Of a stretch of 52,453 nt of DNA, positions 11,613 to 24,281 are shown piece after piece; position 1 is the stretch's first letter, and each line of letters opens with the position of its first letter. The stretch spans positions 143,758,743 through 143,811,195 of the forward strand of contig NC_068981.1 of assembly GCF_001194135.2 (NCBI RefSeq). Reading direction: 5' to 3'. The translations under genes and the position numbers were made by a program. Source of the DNA: Octopus bimaculoides (lineage: Eukaryota). The notes below the pieces were generated by a model. That model was not told where the DNA came from. It did no database searches and was given only the letters and a program-made list of their open reading frames with translations.

Positions 11613-13544
11613 TAAATTGTTCATAGTGTGCTGTGGAAATCACTGCGTCATTTTCTGCAAAACTCGTTCGATTCCTAGTTGATTTATTTAATTTTTCTCA
11701 CATCACTAATGTATTTTAGAAATGTACTATTGTTAAACTTTTATTTTCATTTTCTTTCCCTTAAAATATTACGCCTCCATGTATATGACAAATCATAATA
11801 TTTTTTAAAATAACATGATAGCAAATCTATAAAAAGTGTGATTTCTTTTAGTTATTATTTTATGTATTTATTGTTTATTTCTTTTTTATTCTTCTTTGTC
11901 AAGAATCAAAAGGATTTTTTCGAAATATCTGTACATTTTGAGAAGTATAAAATAAGATACATAAAGTACTGTCGAGTAAAAATAATAACAAAACTCTCAT
12001 TGCAACCTTTAATATTTGGCAACATACAAGAATGGAATTTATGAGAAATTGAGACTCTAAAACTTGTCATGTCTGGCAAGAAATTGTAATCTCATAACAG
12101 AATAATGGAGTTTTACTGTAGTAGATTTAAAACAAGAATATTTGATTCAGTAAAATGTTATTATTTATTTATTCATTTTCCTTTTCACTTTTTCTGTTAA
12201 TATTTAGCATTTCATATCACTCTGCACAGCTGATAATCAAATGCACCAGTTTGTCAGAGCAACAGACATTTTTTCTTTCAACTTCAACTTGGAATCACAG
12301 GAATTAAAGATAACATTGAGTGTTTGACGGTATGACGATGCTTATTAGGATATAGAATTGATCAGTTTTGCAAGTTGTTAATATTTTTGAAATTATAATA
12401 AATTTTAATTACATAAAATGCATAAATAGACACTGTCTGGTGTATTTTGTCAATGGACAAAATAATTTGTGATTTCAACAAGCAAGGAATCTTCTGCATC
12501 AGTGATTTTCAGCTGTGTTTGCTCCACGTTACGCTTATAATGATCCACATTACTCTTATTTCGTTTAACTCCTCACACTCTCAATACTCAGCGCTCCACA
12601 TATTTCTATTCTACTTCCAAAGAAGTTTCAAAATGTCCTTGAAAAACATTTCTCTGCATAGTCGCTCGATCTGCTAGGAATACTTACCAAATTCCATCGA
12701 ATTACACTCTAGCGTCTTAAATGTGAAAAGTTGTTTTCTATAATGTTGTTAGACTAACTTCAAAAGCAAAATTGGATGGCTACAGCTTAAATACTTTTTT
12801 ATCTTAGGATAAAATATTTTTTATTAAAGCATCTTGGATCTACTTAGTGGCGAAATTGGTTCAAGAAATCTATGATACGAATACTATAATCTAGTTACAC
12901 TGTATACACGAATTAAACTGGACTTGAAGCATAAATATTGTGCTTACAGCCGGTATCTGTAGCTACATACAATATCGATTAACATTTCAACTGAGTGACA
13001 AATATCTGGCCGTAGACAAAGATTAGTGTTAATGAAAAAGCACTATTTAAAGATCGATAATCTACTGACTCACCCACTTATGAGAGAATTTATGAAATAA
13101 TAGTTTATTCTGTTTAAATAGAACGCTTTATTTTTTCAGGTGGACGAGAGCAAATGGAAATATATGGAAAGAGGGCAACTGCAACAACAGAGCAAATATT
13201 ATGCTACAGCTTTAAAGGCTGGTGTTCTCGATCGTACATTTTGCTCTTCAACACTCTTCAGAGTTCTTTATAAAATAAACATAGTGAATGATAAATGTAA
13301 GGTATATTTGGAAAACAAAGTGAGAAAAATTCGTTACTATCAAATGGCTGTAATTTCATCGATCCCCATAACTTCTTTTTAAATATCAAGGGATTTTAGA
13401 TTTACAATAATCCTTCTTCTTGGTGGATACTCACTTAACATGATAATGTTTATGCCTGATCTTCTGTAGGGATAAATAAATGAAAGCCTATTTTTCCTAT
13501 ATATAGGACAGTATTAAACGAAAAGTTCGTTACACTATACTTAC

Positions 13545-13659
13545 AAGCTCCTAAGGATACAACACAATACTGCCAATACGAGCCTAATAAGATTGATTGC
13601 GTAGACATTCTTCTCATTGCATATTACAGCAAAGTATTCTTCTTTTTACATCCACCCAT
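13545..13659 (-). other. Candidate 115-nt spliced exon (minus strand), unknown gene
   Basis: Acceptor TTATTTTCTTCTTTTCAG| and donor |GTAAGTAT. All three frames contain a stop. One frame reads MGGCKKKNTLL* followed by MRRMSTQSILLGSYWQYCVVSLGA, so it could only be a UTR or first coding exon. Confidence 0.3.
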
Positions 13660-15647
13660 CTGAAAAGAAGAAAATAAGATATGATATTGTTGTCTTGGAC
13701 AAAATATAAGAAAATAAAAAAAGTCGATGTTCACGGCTGAAAATGCCTTTGATCAGGTAAATCATGGGAATGGATCTAGTTAAAAAAAAATAATTCAATA
13801 CATCCTGAAACTGCTTATGCTCCCTAAGCCAACCATTTATGAAGTAATCTCATTTTGTGTAGCATATTCCATCCATTTCACTATCATGTAGTTTAATAAT
13901 TCAGTAATAGCAGGCAAAACGAGGTAGGATGTGAACACACAAGTGATAATGTACTTGAGAACATAGTTTAGAGAAAAGTTCTGCATTAATTTTGAATGGA
14001 ATCGTGTATAAATTTATTTTCGATTGATAACTGTGCCTTATTTTTCAAACCTGTCTAGAGTGATGCTTTAATTAATAATAACTACATAGACTTCACTATT
14101 TGTCCAATAACATATGCGAATAATATTAGCTACCATTTTATTGTACTTAGCCATTACAACGTAGATTTGCAATTAAGAGACACATTTAGAATCTTAAAAT
14201 TCTATGTTTCAAATTCTAATTCACTGTTGAATTGATAAGAAATTTATGGAGATTGTGGTTTTTATTAGCTACATTCTGGAATGGAAGATTCTTGTGTGAG
14301 TATAATTACAGCATATAATATAATGACTGAGAAGTGAACTACTTGAATAATTATTTTAAATTTTAGAATAGGAAGATATAACTTTTAGTTCCAAAAAAGA
14401 CCAAAAAATAACGGTCTCTACTTGTCGCTAAAAATTTGTATGAAAAGGCTGACTCTAACTAACCTTCAGTTTACAAGGGTATACGTCAAGGCTTCATTAT
14501 TGCAATTATGCAGTTTACTTCCCTGTATTAATTCCAGTTTACTGCGATACATAGTGATAACACACCTAAACATACTACACGCTTTAATGGAGCTCATAAA
14601 AATTCTAGGTTACTCGACTTGATAAAATCAACGAGTAAAACCTCTCTTAAACCGACTTTATAAATACAAACATGAATTTGATGATGCAGTCTGACATTAA
14701 ATATACCCGCTAAAAATGGAAAGATCAGAGATGGAATATCATGGATCAGTGGCCTCGTATACCTGAGTTGACAAATGGACATAAGCTATTAGGTATACTG
14801 AACATATTCGAGTGAAAGATGAACAATTATCAATGGTTATGCATTCCCCTATTATTAAATTCTACAAGAATCTAATAATAATAATTGTTATGAGGACATG
14901 ACCAATTATACATAAAATATTCAAAAACTCAAACAAAGACATTATATGTATAATTAATGCAGAGCAACAACAATATTATGGTGTAGTTATGGCTCTGAAG
15001 CTAAGTTCGCTTTTTAGCCATGTCGTTCACGGTTCAATCTCGATGAGCAAGTGTCTTCTACAATAGTCGTGGATCGTGAAAAATGTTTTTGAGTGAAATT
15101 TCGTTGATAGAGACGAAAACTATGAGGAAGACCGTAGAATGGACCGTTTCTGATCTTAGGATATAGACATATTCTCTCGTTTAATTTAACGCCACATATT
15201 GCTTTTGAGGGCCTTTGGTGGGCTACATTTTGTTGTATGCATTTAACTTAGTTCTTTTGCTTGAGGATCATTCCTCTTTTCCTTTAACAAATTACGATGA
15301 TGGTCATGGATATTGTTCATCCTTCAATGTTGATAAACAAATTAATCTTGCTTCACAAAGGCTAGGTTTTCACTTTAGGAATAGAAAGTAATTCCTTTTT
15401 AAAAAATTACTTAGATGCATGAAATATTTTACACTTAAATAAGCCTCACATATTTAAGAGAATGCATCAATCAGGTACATAGTATCCCACCTTAGATTTT
15501 CCCTCCTTTAATTGACGATCCTTTAAACTTGGAGACTGTAGAATTCTTTCTTGTGATTCTGTTTTCTATCAGTACTTCACTAACTTCAACAAAATCAAAA
15601 CTTGGTGACACAATATATAAGTAGCATTAAGTTTCATACTACATACC

Positions 15648-15880
15648 TATTTCTTTACTGCCCACAAGGGGCTACACACAGAGGGGACAAACAAGGACAG
15701 ACAAACGGATTAAGTCGATTATATCGACCCCAGTGCGTAACTGGTACTTAATTTATCGACCCCGAAAGGATGAAAGGCAAAGTCGACCTCGGCGGAATTT
15801 GAACTCAGAACGCAGTGGCAGACGAAATACCGCTAAGCATTTCGCCCGGTATGCTAACCACTCTGCCAGCTCGCCGCCTT
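15648..15880 (-). mobile_element. SINE family A, full length, young, with perfect target-site duplication
   Basis: Complete head to tail. ACTACATACC occurs at 15638-15647 and 15881-15890. Confidence 0.95.
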
Positions 15881-18800
15881 ACTACATACCATCAACCACT
15901 ATCCTCTCTCTCATCATCGTCAACTAAATTTTTAGAGGACTGAAATCGTAAGGACAACTTTCTCCAACGCAGCAGAAGTTCTGTAAGGTATTCTTCTGCG
16001 TCCACTCTAAAAAAATTAGAACGTTCACTACCTTCGATACGAGCTCCTACAGTATTGATAGTTCCTGCATTATTGCTATGTTGTTGTCGCTGTTTAGCGT
16101 CCAGCTTTGAACTGTCTTCTCTGTGATCAGAGTCAATCTAGTTGTGATCATCCAGTGTTTTATATATATATAAGATATCCAGTACTTTATACATATATAA
16201 AATTGTAAAAAGCGTATACAACTACGGCTGCACTGACCAACACATTCTTCTTGCTTTTTAAAGATATTACATTGTTATTACTGTATTACAGGGAAATTTC
16301 GCCATTTTTTTCTCATATCCTGCGACCAAATAAAAGTCTGATTGTTAACGCTTTGTCCATTTCATCTTTATCATAGCAATAGATTGCACTGTTTTGTTAC
16401 CCCTACACACAAAATTTGTTATTGAGAAATAAGTACAGTGGTCACCTGTGGCGGTCACTGGTCCTGATGTCACCAACAAAATAAGAACCACCGACTTTTC
16501 GGTTATATTCTCGGTAAACTGTTCTGTGACTATTTCCATTCTCTTCGAACCACACATTGAAAATCTAAATGTCGCTGCCAGTTATACCGATCTTAAATAT
16601 AGAAATATATGGGAACTTCCTCACTTATTCAGACAAGCAAATAGACGAGCAAATTAGACAAACTGCTGCTCAATATGCTACATGTAGAAACTGAATATCT
16701 CTTGGATCACATAAACTCATCGTAAAAAAAGAACGAACAATTAGAAAGAACAATTTAGATACATTACACCTGAGAGTAAGAAAGGTGTAGGTTGTCTGCA
16801 TTTGGAAGACATTTGATCAAATGCTTCCGTCAAAACAAGTTACCTCGGGGTTTAAGGGCAGCTATTTAATAAAAGTACATAAGAAATTTGGTGGAAAGGT
16901 TCGATGAGATCAGTTGCTGTGAATAAGTTAACATTTCTGGACCCGTGTTCTTTGTCTGACAGCAAGGAGAATACAAAGTAATGCCGTCTTGGTTGTAGAT
17001 AAGTAAAATAACAAGTGATTGAAATGAGTGATGTTAATGAGTAAGAAGTTAAGTTAAAAGAGAAGTGGCGTGAGAGAATTAGTGAAACAAATGCGAAGTG
17101 GGGGTAGATAGAATTAGAGAGGAGAGAGAATGTGCTATGAGTGAACCACTTGAATATAAGGCAGTCATAGAATGCTTATTTTTTTTACTGGAGATAGTGT
17201 GATGAGTGAAGAAGACGGACGTAAAAGACAGCGTGAATGGAGTGTGAAACGGAGGAAAAGGGAAGCTAAGAATCGATTCATTTAGTAGCCGCATTCACCC
17301 CCATCGTCATCATCACCGCTACCACCATCTATCTTCTCCTTTCCCTTTGAGCACTACCTCCCTCTCCTGCCCGGTTTGTGTCAAAGACCCTGTCTATCAT
17401 TCTCGAACTACTTCACGCTCAAGTTTATACCTCATCTCCTCCCACCATCATCACATCACTCTTTCACTTCAGCTTCTTCCTCATTTACTTGATTACGACC
17501 AAAGTGACAACACAGCTTCCTCTCTCACTTCCTTATACTCAAAAGTCAGAACCGAAATGTTGCCTTCTTCAGTCCTCGGGCAAATATGTCGAACTCTTCC
17601 AAATAGTCTTTTATGGGGTAGTTTTTATTCCATTCACCATTTATTTTGGATCCCGAATTTTACCGAAAAAAAAATTACGCGATATCACAAAGCGATACGT
17701 ATCTTATTTTATCGTAAAAAAAGTAGACCAAGATACAGAAAGTGCTGTCTTGTTTTAAATGATTTTTCTGTAGGAAATTACATTCCACGATAACAGAAAT
17801 TGGCTTCTATCTGATTCTGCGAAAACAAATATAAAAATTATCGAACTTTCTGAAACTTGTAGTAAATCCTACTTCTCAAATTATAACAATGCGATGTACC
17901 AATTATATTTTCAGATATATTGATTCCTTATATAGACACGAGGTCAGAAATTTATCAAGGAAGAAAATTAGATTGTTAAACACTTGTGACTATCTCAAAG
18001 GTTTTATTGAAGTGAATTTGTTTCAACTGGGAATCAAAGCCGGTTTTCGGTCGGCTCACTGGGAACTCACCTCTTGATTTACGATTTTCGCTATATCCGT
18101 TGAGATAAATAAAATTGCATTAACTGACAATGAGAAACATTAATATTTGTTGAAACCCTTAAAAATTATTTGATCTTCCATTAACAGAAATAGCTGCATT
18201 GAGCTGGGAAGCTAATTTCTAGAACCCTTCTAATAAAAGCTTTTAAAAATAATATAGAAATATGGCTACATTTCTTTTCTCATGTGTATAGCATTTTATG
18301 ACCAGCCTATTAGACGCTTCGGCATCAGCAAACGAAAAGACTGTGGTAACCTAAGGGTCATGATTCGACTCCGACCATTATCTATACTCCTTTGAAAATT
18401 ACCGGTTTCGTAAGCATAACAATCATTAATCATTCCATTACTACATCCAATTGTGTATATTTGTATTTATATGCCTGTATAACACGCATGCACACACACA
18501 CACACATACATACACTTACACACATTTTTATTTATATATATGTATGTATGTATGTATGTATCTATGTATGTATTTATGTATGCATGTTTCTGTCTGTATC
18601 AGAGTATGCATGTGTATTATAGAAAAATCGTTTATATTAATATGCGCATTTGTATAAATGTTTTATAGCAATATGTATGTGTGTTTATATAACATATATA
18701 TGCATACATATGAATGTACATACAAAAAACATATATTGATACATACATACATATGTGTGTGTTTGTGCTCGTATAATATATATATATATATATATATAAA

Positions 18801-19374
18801 TATATATATGAGCGTGTGGCGTGTGTGTGCCCGTGTATTTGTGGATGTAAACTAGAGAATAAATACAAGTGGACCCACCTTCAACATCCCCCACCTCTCT
18901 TACTCTTACATAATTGGAAGATATTTGTGATCCAGTATTAAGCAAAATATTACCAAATGAAAACAAAGCAAAGTTTTCCTCTATATATTTTCCACTACAA
19001 CCTAACTTCCGATAACTGAAATAATTGGATTGCTTGTATACCTATAAGTGGGATCGCATCTTTATTGCATTTTGGGGGTGGGGCAGAAATACTAATTTTG
19101 AATTGCGTACAACGCATAGGTCGGTCAAAGAAGTTTCAAAACACATGTTAGATCAACAAAAAGTTTTAAATCACTTATATAACAACGTTAACTTCCTAAT
19201 ACCAGTAGTTTCTAGTATACTTGAGCCAGCCGTTACTTAATCGATTAATGGAGTAAACAAAGTGAATAAAAAACAACTAAATCAGCGTACTTCTTTATTA
19301 GTAGTATGTGTCTGGGGTGGGTGATAGTATTAGAGAACTTAGCGTAATTTGAAAATATTAATCCATTCCTAATA

Positions 19375-19600
19375 GGGAGACAAGGTTATAAATTGTTAAG
19401 TAGAATCGATTATATCTACCCAGAATGTCATAGGTACTTATTTGATCAACCTCAGAATGATAAAAGGCGAAACAGATTTTGAACTCAGAGCGTAAATCAA
19501 TGTGACTAAATACGTCGATTCTACCAATTTTAGACCATTAAAATTAGTCTTTTCTACTCTAGGCACAAGGCCCGAAATTTTTGGAGAGGGCGCCAGATGC
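19375..19600 (-). mobile_element. Degenerate SINE family A pieces
   Basis: TCGATTATATCTACCC..., GGTACTTATTTGATCAACC, TTTGAACTCAGAGCG, TTCTACTCTAGGCACAAGGCCCGAAATT. Confidence 0.6.
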
Positions 19601-19763
19601 AGCATAATCGAATGGATTACGAAACCGTCGATTTCTGGACACAATAGCAGGTTATTTTAATTGTGATACTTTTTGCAGGGATAAGATATTTTGCTGTTAG
19701 ATTGCTGTAGGCATAAGTGTTGTTATGGTTATGTTTGTATGTTGTTAGGGTTAAATTTATATC

Positions 19764-19802
<39 letters not shown>

Positions 19803-19820
19803 CATACATACATACATACA

Positions 19821-19854
<34 letters not shown>

Positions 19855-20610
19855 CGCACACATGCACACCCATTCAGCCATCCATCGAATTTTAAGGCTG
19901 TTGTTGGACATAATGAATGAATGAATAAATGAATGAATGAATGAATCTATACAGCGTCTATCTAAATAGGTTACCATCTTCAACATAATGGAGTGTGTCC
20001 TAGAGTGGAAGTTTTCGATCGTGAACCGTCACTGTGAAGTAAAATTCTTGCTTCACTAGAGAGCGAGCAGAATTGTGAAACAAATTAAACATATAATTCA
20101 ATTCAGCGTATTGCCATTATTATTGGTCTTGCTGTAAAGCTCCCAAATCAATCCTGATGGAGCAGATCTAATTACTGTTGTTATTGTTGTTGCTGTTGTC
20201 TTCGTTGTCATTGTGTAGCTCTAGGTCATTCCTGGTGGAGAAGGCTACAATAAATATTACTCTTGCCATGACCATACATTTTTCTTTTACACATATAGTT
20301 TTCAGACTACTACATACATAATAAATAAATAAATAAATAAATAAATTAAGATTATTGGACGTGATTTGTGGTGAATTTGGGTGTTATTTCTCAACGATCA
20401 CGTAAAATCTAGCTCATTCACTTGGCAGAATGATGACCTAATTTCCCAAAACTACAAGGTAAATGGCCTGAAAGAGATTTGGTTTCATATTGGCGGAAGA
20501 ACCCTACATATACGTTTACCATCTTTTAAGCAAACATGACTAAAAGGAAATCCATTTGTACCTGGTTCCCAATTGATATTACCAACGATAGACACACAGT
20601 TCTATAGTTA

Positions 20611-20673
20611 GACGTAGTGGTTTAGAGCGTGGGCTACTTACCCCAAGATTCTGAGTTCGATTCTAGGCAGTGA

Positions 20674-20769
<96 letters not shown>

Positions 20770-20930
20770 TGATAATAATAACATCGAAAAATACCTTAGG
20801 AATGAGAACCCAGGTTCGAAATTTCCCCAAGACACCTGATGAAGGCTGGAGGGTATATCAACCGAAACGTTGTGTTAACAACAAACAAGATAAGGACAAA
20901 TATCCGTCAAATGTAAATAATGTAAATAAT
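20611..20930 (+). mobile_element. tRNA-headed, (AAT)n-containing, hammerhead-bearing SINE, near full length
   Basis: Head 20611-20677 with A-box-like GACGTAGTGGTTTAG and B-box-like GAGTTCGATTC. Then (AAT)n 20678-20781, a body (CATCGAAAAATACCTTAGGAATGAGAACCCAGGTTCG), a hammerhead at 20831-20876 and a tail ending (AATGTAAAT)n. Confidence 0.85.
20831..20876 (+). ncRNA. Minimal type I hammerhead ribozyme motif
   Basis: Stem I GACAC (20831-20835)/GTGTT (20872-20876); CTGATGA 20836-20842; A; stem II GGCTG/CAACC (one mismatch versus CAGCC in the 2593 copy); GAAA 20864-20867; palindromic ACGT; predicted cleavage after 20871 (GUU). Confidence 0.7.
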
Positions 20931-21127
20931 GTTAATAAATACGCATTATAAATAATTAATTCGAATACAATTACAATAATGATTTCTAAATTTGGCACAA
21001 TGATACGGTGTAAGAATTCTGTGTATCTAATGGAACCCCAGTGATTTATTTATTTATATATTTAATATTTTATATCGTAATTGCATTGTTGGTTGTCAGT
21101 TTCAAACGCACAAATTTATCCATGCAA

Positions 21128-21280
21128 TGACTTTGTGGTTAAGAAGTTCGTTTAGCAACCACATGGTTTGGTTTCGGATCCAGTCGAATTGCGCAGCGCC
21201 TGGGTTAAGTGTCCTATACTACAATTCCCAGCCGACCAGTTATTCGCGAGAGAATTAATTCGATAGGCGGAAACTGTACA
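21128..21280 (+). mobile_element. SINE family B, 5' part
   Basis: GTGGTTAAGAAGTTCG...CAACCACATGGTT...GGTTTCGGATCCAG...AAGTGTCCTATACTA. Confidence 0.7.
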
Positions 21281-21337
<57 letters not shown>

Positions 21338-21404
21338 CAAAAAAAGCAACACGGATTTTAAAGGTTATTGCAGTACGCACGTTTCATGCTACTCCATTTA
21401 TTTA

Positions 21405-22310
21405 AGTAATGCGAGTATTGGCTACGCTGATCCTATTTTCGACGTCTTTCTGAATGGTGCAATGGGTGGACAGGTAGTTTTCGAGATATGGGAAAGCCTC
21501 CACGGTTCCTAGGACAGTGTTACGTAGCCTTATGCCACTGTTGTCAGGAGGAGGCTGGTTAAAGACTCCCTGTACAAGGATCTTCGTCTTCATTAGGTTT
21601 TCAGTCACAGCAAAACAGGTATACAAATTTTCTAAAAGGTTCACACCCTCCTGAACATCGGGTGCGCGGTTCTAGCATTGTCATCAGCGTATTGCAGCTC
21701 AAGTATTTTAGCCAAGGTGGTAAGTGGACGGATTCTGAAGCGGGTGGTGTTGAAAAGTTTTCTATCCATTCTGTAACGGATGTCTACCCCAGGAGCCAGA
21801 TCAAGGATTTCATGTATCATGGTCCCGAGTAAGAGGGAAAACAAAGTGGGATGGAGAATATATCTCTGTTCCAGGTCAGTAGTAATTGGGAAGGAACTGG
21901 AGAGTGCGTTCTTGGCGATTACCTGACCAAACATTCTGTCGTGTAGGGTCTGGGTGAAGTTTGTAAAGGGATGGGGATAACCCAAAGGCTTCAGGGTAGC
22001 CCATATTGTAGGTTCCGGTATGCTCTCAAAAGCTTTCTTCAAGTCCCAGAACACAAAATTTAGTGGCTTTCTCTGCTCTCGTGCCCTTTTTTTTAGAGAA
22101 GGTGAGCGCAAAAGACCATGACGATGGTGCTACAGATGGGATAGAAGCTGCACTGCGATTCTCTAAAAACTTCCTTAGCAGCAACTACTAATCTATCTAG
22201 AAGGATTCTGGCGATATTGAGAAGGGAGATATGGCGATAGTTTTCTGTGGATTGTCCGATCTCCATTCTTGAAAACTGTAATGATGGTCGTGTTTTTAAG
22301 GTCCGTGTGG
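21405..22310 (-). mobile_element. RTE (BovB-like) LINE reverse-transcriptase fragment, pseudogenised
   Basis: DLKNTTIITVFKNGDR, ENYRHISLL, RESQCSF, FWDLKKAFE, ILHPTLFSL, GVDIRYRMDRKLFN, LELQYADD, VEAFPYLENYLS. The GV.IRYR.DG.LFN insertion is characteristic of RTE/BovB RTs. Confidence 0.9.
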
Positions 22311-22564
22311 GCTTTTTTTAATGTATGTGTTATGTGTTTGTCGCTCGAGAATTGGAGTTGGTCTGATTATCAGACTTAAGAAAAAATAATAACTATTGTG
22401 TCGATGGGACGATTTGATCGACTGAAGCATTTAAAGTGGTACCACAGAATGGAGACAATCCCAAGCACTGATAAAGTTCTAGCTATGGCCATGATAGTAT
22501 ATAATACTATATGTAAGGCATCTTAATTGAATGAGGCCTTCTTTGTTAAGATGGTAAGGCATGA

Positions 22565-22833
22565 TTTTAGAAAGATTTGACTGTTATCTCGAGATACCCG
22601 ACCGACTACATAAGCCCCTTCACTAGTTTGAGAAACTAGATATAATATAGATAAGCAGCCATTTTAATGGCACTTAGGTTGTAAAGTCATGCACAGTACC
22701 CATAAAAATCTAGTGAAATCCTATAAAAATATTTTTAAGATGCTAGGGCATGTTTTTAGAAAGATTTGAGGGCTATTTTCAGACGGTGCATCGACTATAG
22801 AAGTTCCTTTACTGGTCTGAGAAACTATATATA
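22565..22833. repeat. Degenerate ~190-bp tandem duplication; the second copy is split by the 22834-24281 insertion and resumes at 24282-24380
   Basis: TTTTAGAAAGATTTGA...GAGAAACTA occurs at about 22565 and 22755. The continuation ATAGATAAGCAGC...AAATCCTATAAA of copy 1 reappears at 24282-24370. Confidence 0.65.
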
Positions 22834-24281
22834 ACTAGCAAATGTACCCGTCCCTTGGAAGATTTATGTTTCTTTAGTGGTATGTTTTCGCCAAATAATT
22901 GAACTACCGAGAGGGTTTATGAGTAGCACGGCAATCTACGTTTCCGATTAACCTAGGAACGGAAGATCAAATTGAAGGCTGGTTATTGTGGAGGTCATTG
23001 CGCTTTAATGATCATAGAACATATAAGTTTGCAGTAGATGCAAAGTAGAGCTACTGTAGTCTTTTGGGAGTAGAATACGGATAATGACTACAAAATATAG
23101 TTGTTTTACATGAAAGCGAAATTTCTTGTCAGAAACAGCTACATAAATGGTGTAATGAAATTGAAGGAAGACGTTGAAACTTCCCCTCTGCAAGTTTATT
23201 TTTTTCAACAGCAAAGGAAACTATTTTTTCGGAGAGGTAAGCTAAGAAAAGCTCCTTTATTCTGTCTTCCCACATAACCTATCCATGAAATAACAGCGAA
23301 TACTCCATAAAGTTAATTTTCTATGGAGCTTTCTGAAAGATACGTATAGCAAAATTCTTATTTAAAGATTAGTTCTTTGGAATGAATCATATGTGATAGT
23401 TTAAAAAATAAAAGGTTAGAACGACAATGCTGAAACGTATCTGAAACAATGGACAACAATTGAAATATCATAATGGATGGGTAAATAAGCATCTTTAAAG
23501 TGAAACAACGCATTGGTAGACAAACAAAGGTATCAACAAATACATGAAAGAGAAGAGAACAGCACTTTTCAAGTAACTGAGAATAGGTAAAGGTAAGCTT
23601 GCCAATGTTAAATGCAGTTTGAACATGGAGATTAAGATTGTTTGGTATTGGATAGTCATTACGAACAGTGTTCCTAGTAAATTTAATTACCGTGGCATAT
23701 GGACAGTCGAAATAGATAAATAGACAAAATCCTTTCTCTTTTATAAAACGATGAAAACAGTATGGAAGAACCTACATACAAAAATTTTTAAATGTTCATT
23801 TAGATCCATTTACGCGGGAGCTCTGGTCAAATGTTTACTTCATGACCATCCTTGGGACATAAGTAATGTGAGTAAAGTTTGGTGAAAATCGGTTGAGAAT
23901 TGTGGAAATGTATACGTTCAGTGTTCCTTGTCAATTTAATCACCGTCGCAGGTGGACAGTGAAAATAAATAAATGGACTAAATACTTTCACTTTTATAAA
24001 AAAAATTTTTAAGTATGAAAGTCCCTACAGAATATAAAACAGCTGATTAATGCAAATGAATGGGAATGATCTATTGTTGATTTCCCATCGCTCTAGAGGC
24101 CCCAATATCGAGTTTGTAAAATCTAAGTAGCCTATGTTCGGGTCTAGAATAAAAAGCAGCTATGTATAACATTTTAAAGAAATCGGATGAACGATGTAGA
24201 AGTTGTTGAGGTACATTAAATTTTTCTATACACACACAAACAAAGACACAGAAAAAAATTTCAATTTTATAGATATTAGAT
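22834..24281 (+). mobile_element. Non-autonomous Helitron-like element with an internal ~250-bp tandem repeat
   Basis: Starts ACTAGCAAATGTACCCGTCC. Contains AAGTTTGGTGAAAATCGGTTGAG and AAAGAAATCGGATGAACG-type modules, a short ACAC/ACAA tract and a TTTTATAGATATTAGAT end, with no TSD. The internal unit CAGTGTTCCT...CTTTTATAAAA occurs at about 23667 and 23918. Confidence 0.55.

Noticed and set aside
13140-13382. Plus-strand ORF after a good acceptor (TTTTTTCAG|GTGGAC), possibly joined to a 29-nt exon at 12301-12329
   Set aside because: No recognisable domain, a weak upstream acceptor and no convincing donor; I cannot distinguish it from chance.
16448-16657. ORF segment faintly like an RLE endonuclease (PD...FSVIFS...KY)
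   Set aside because: The catalytic motif spacing is not convincing by eye.
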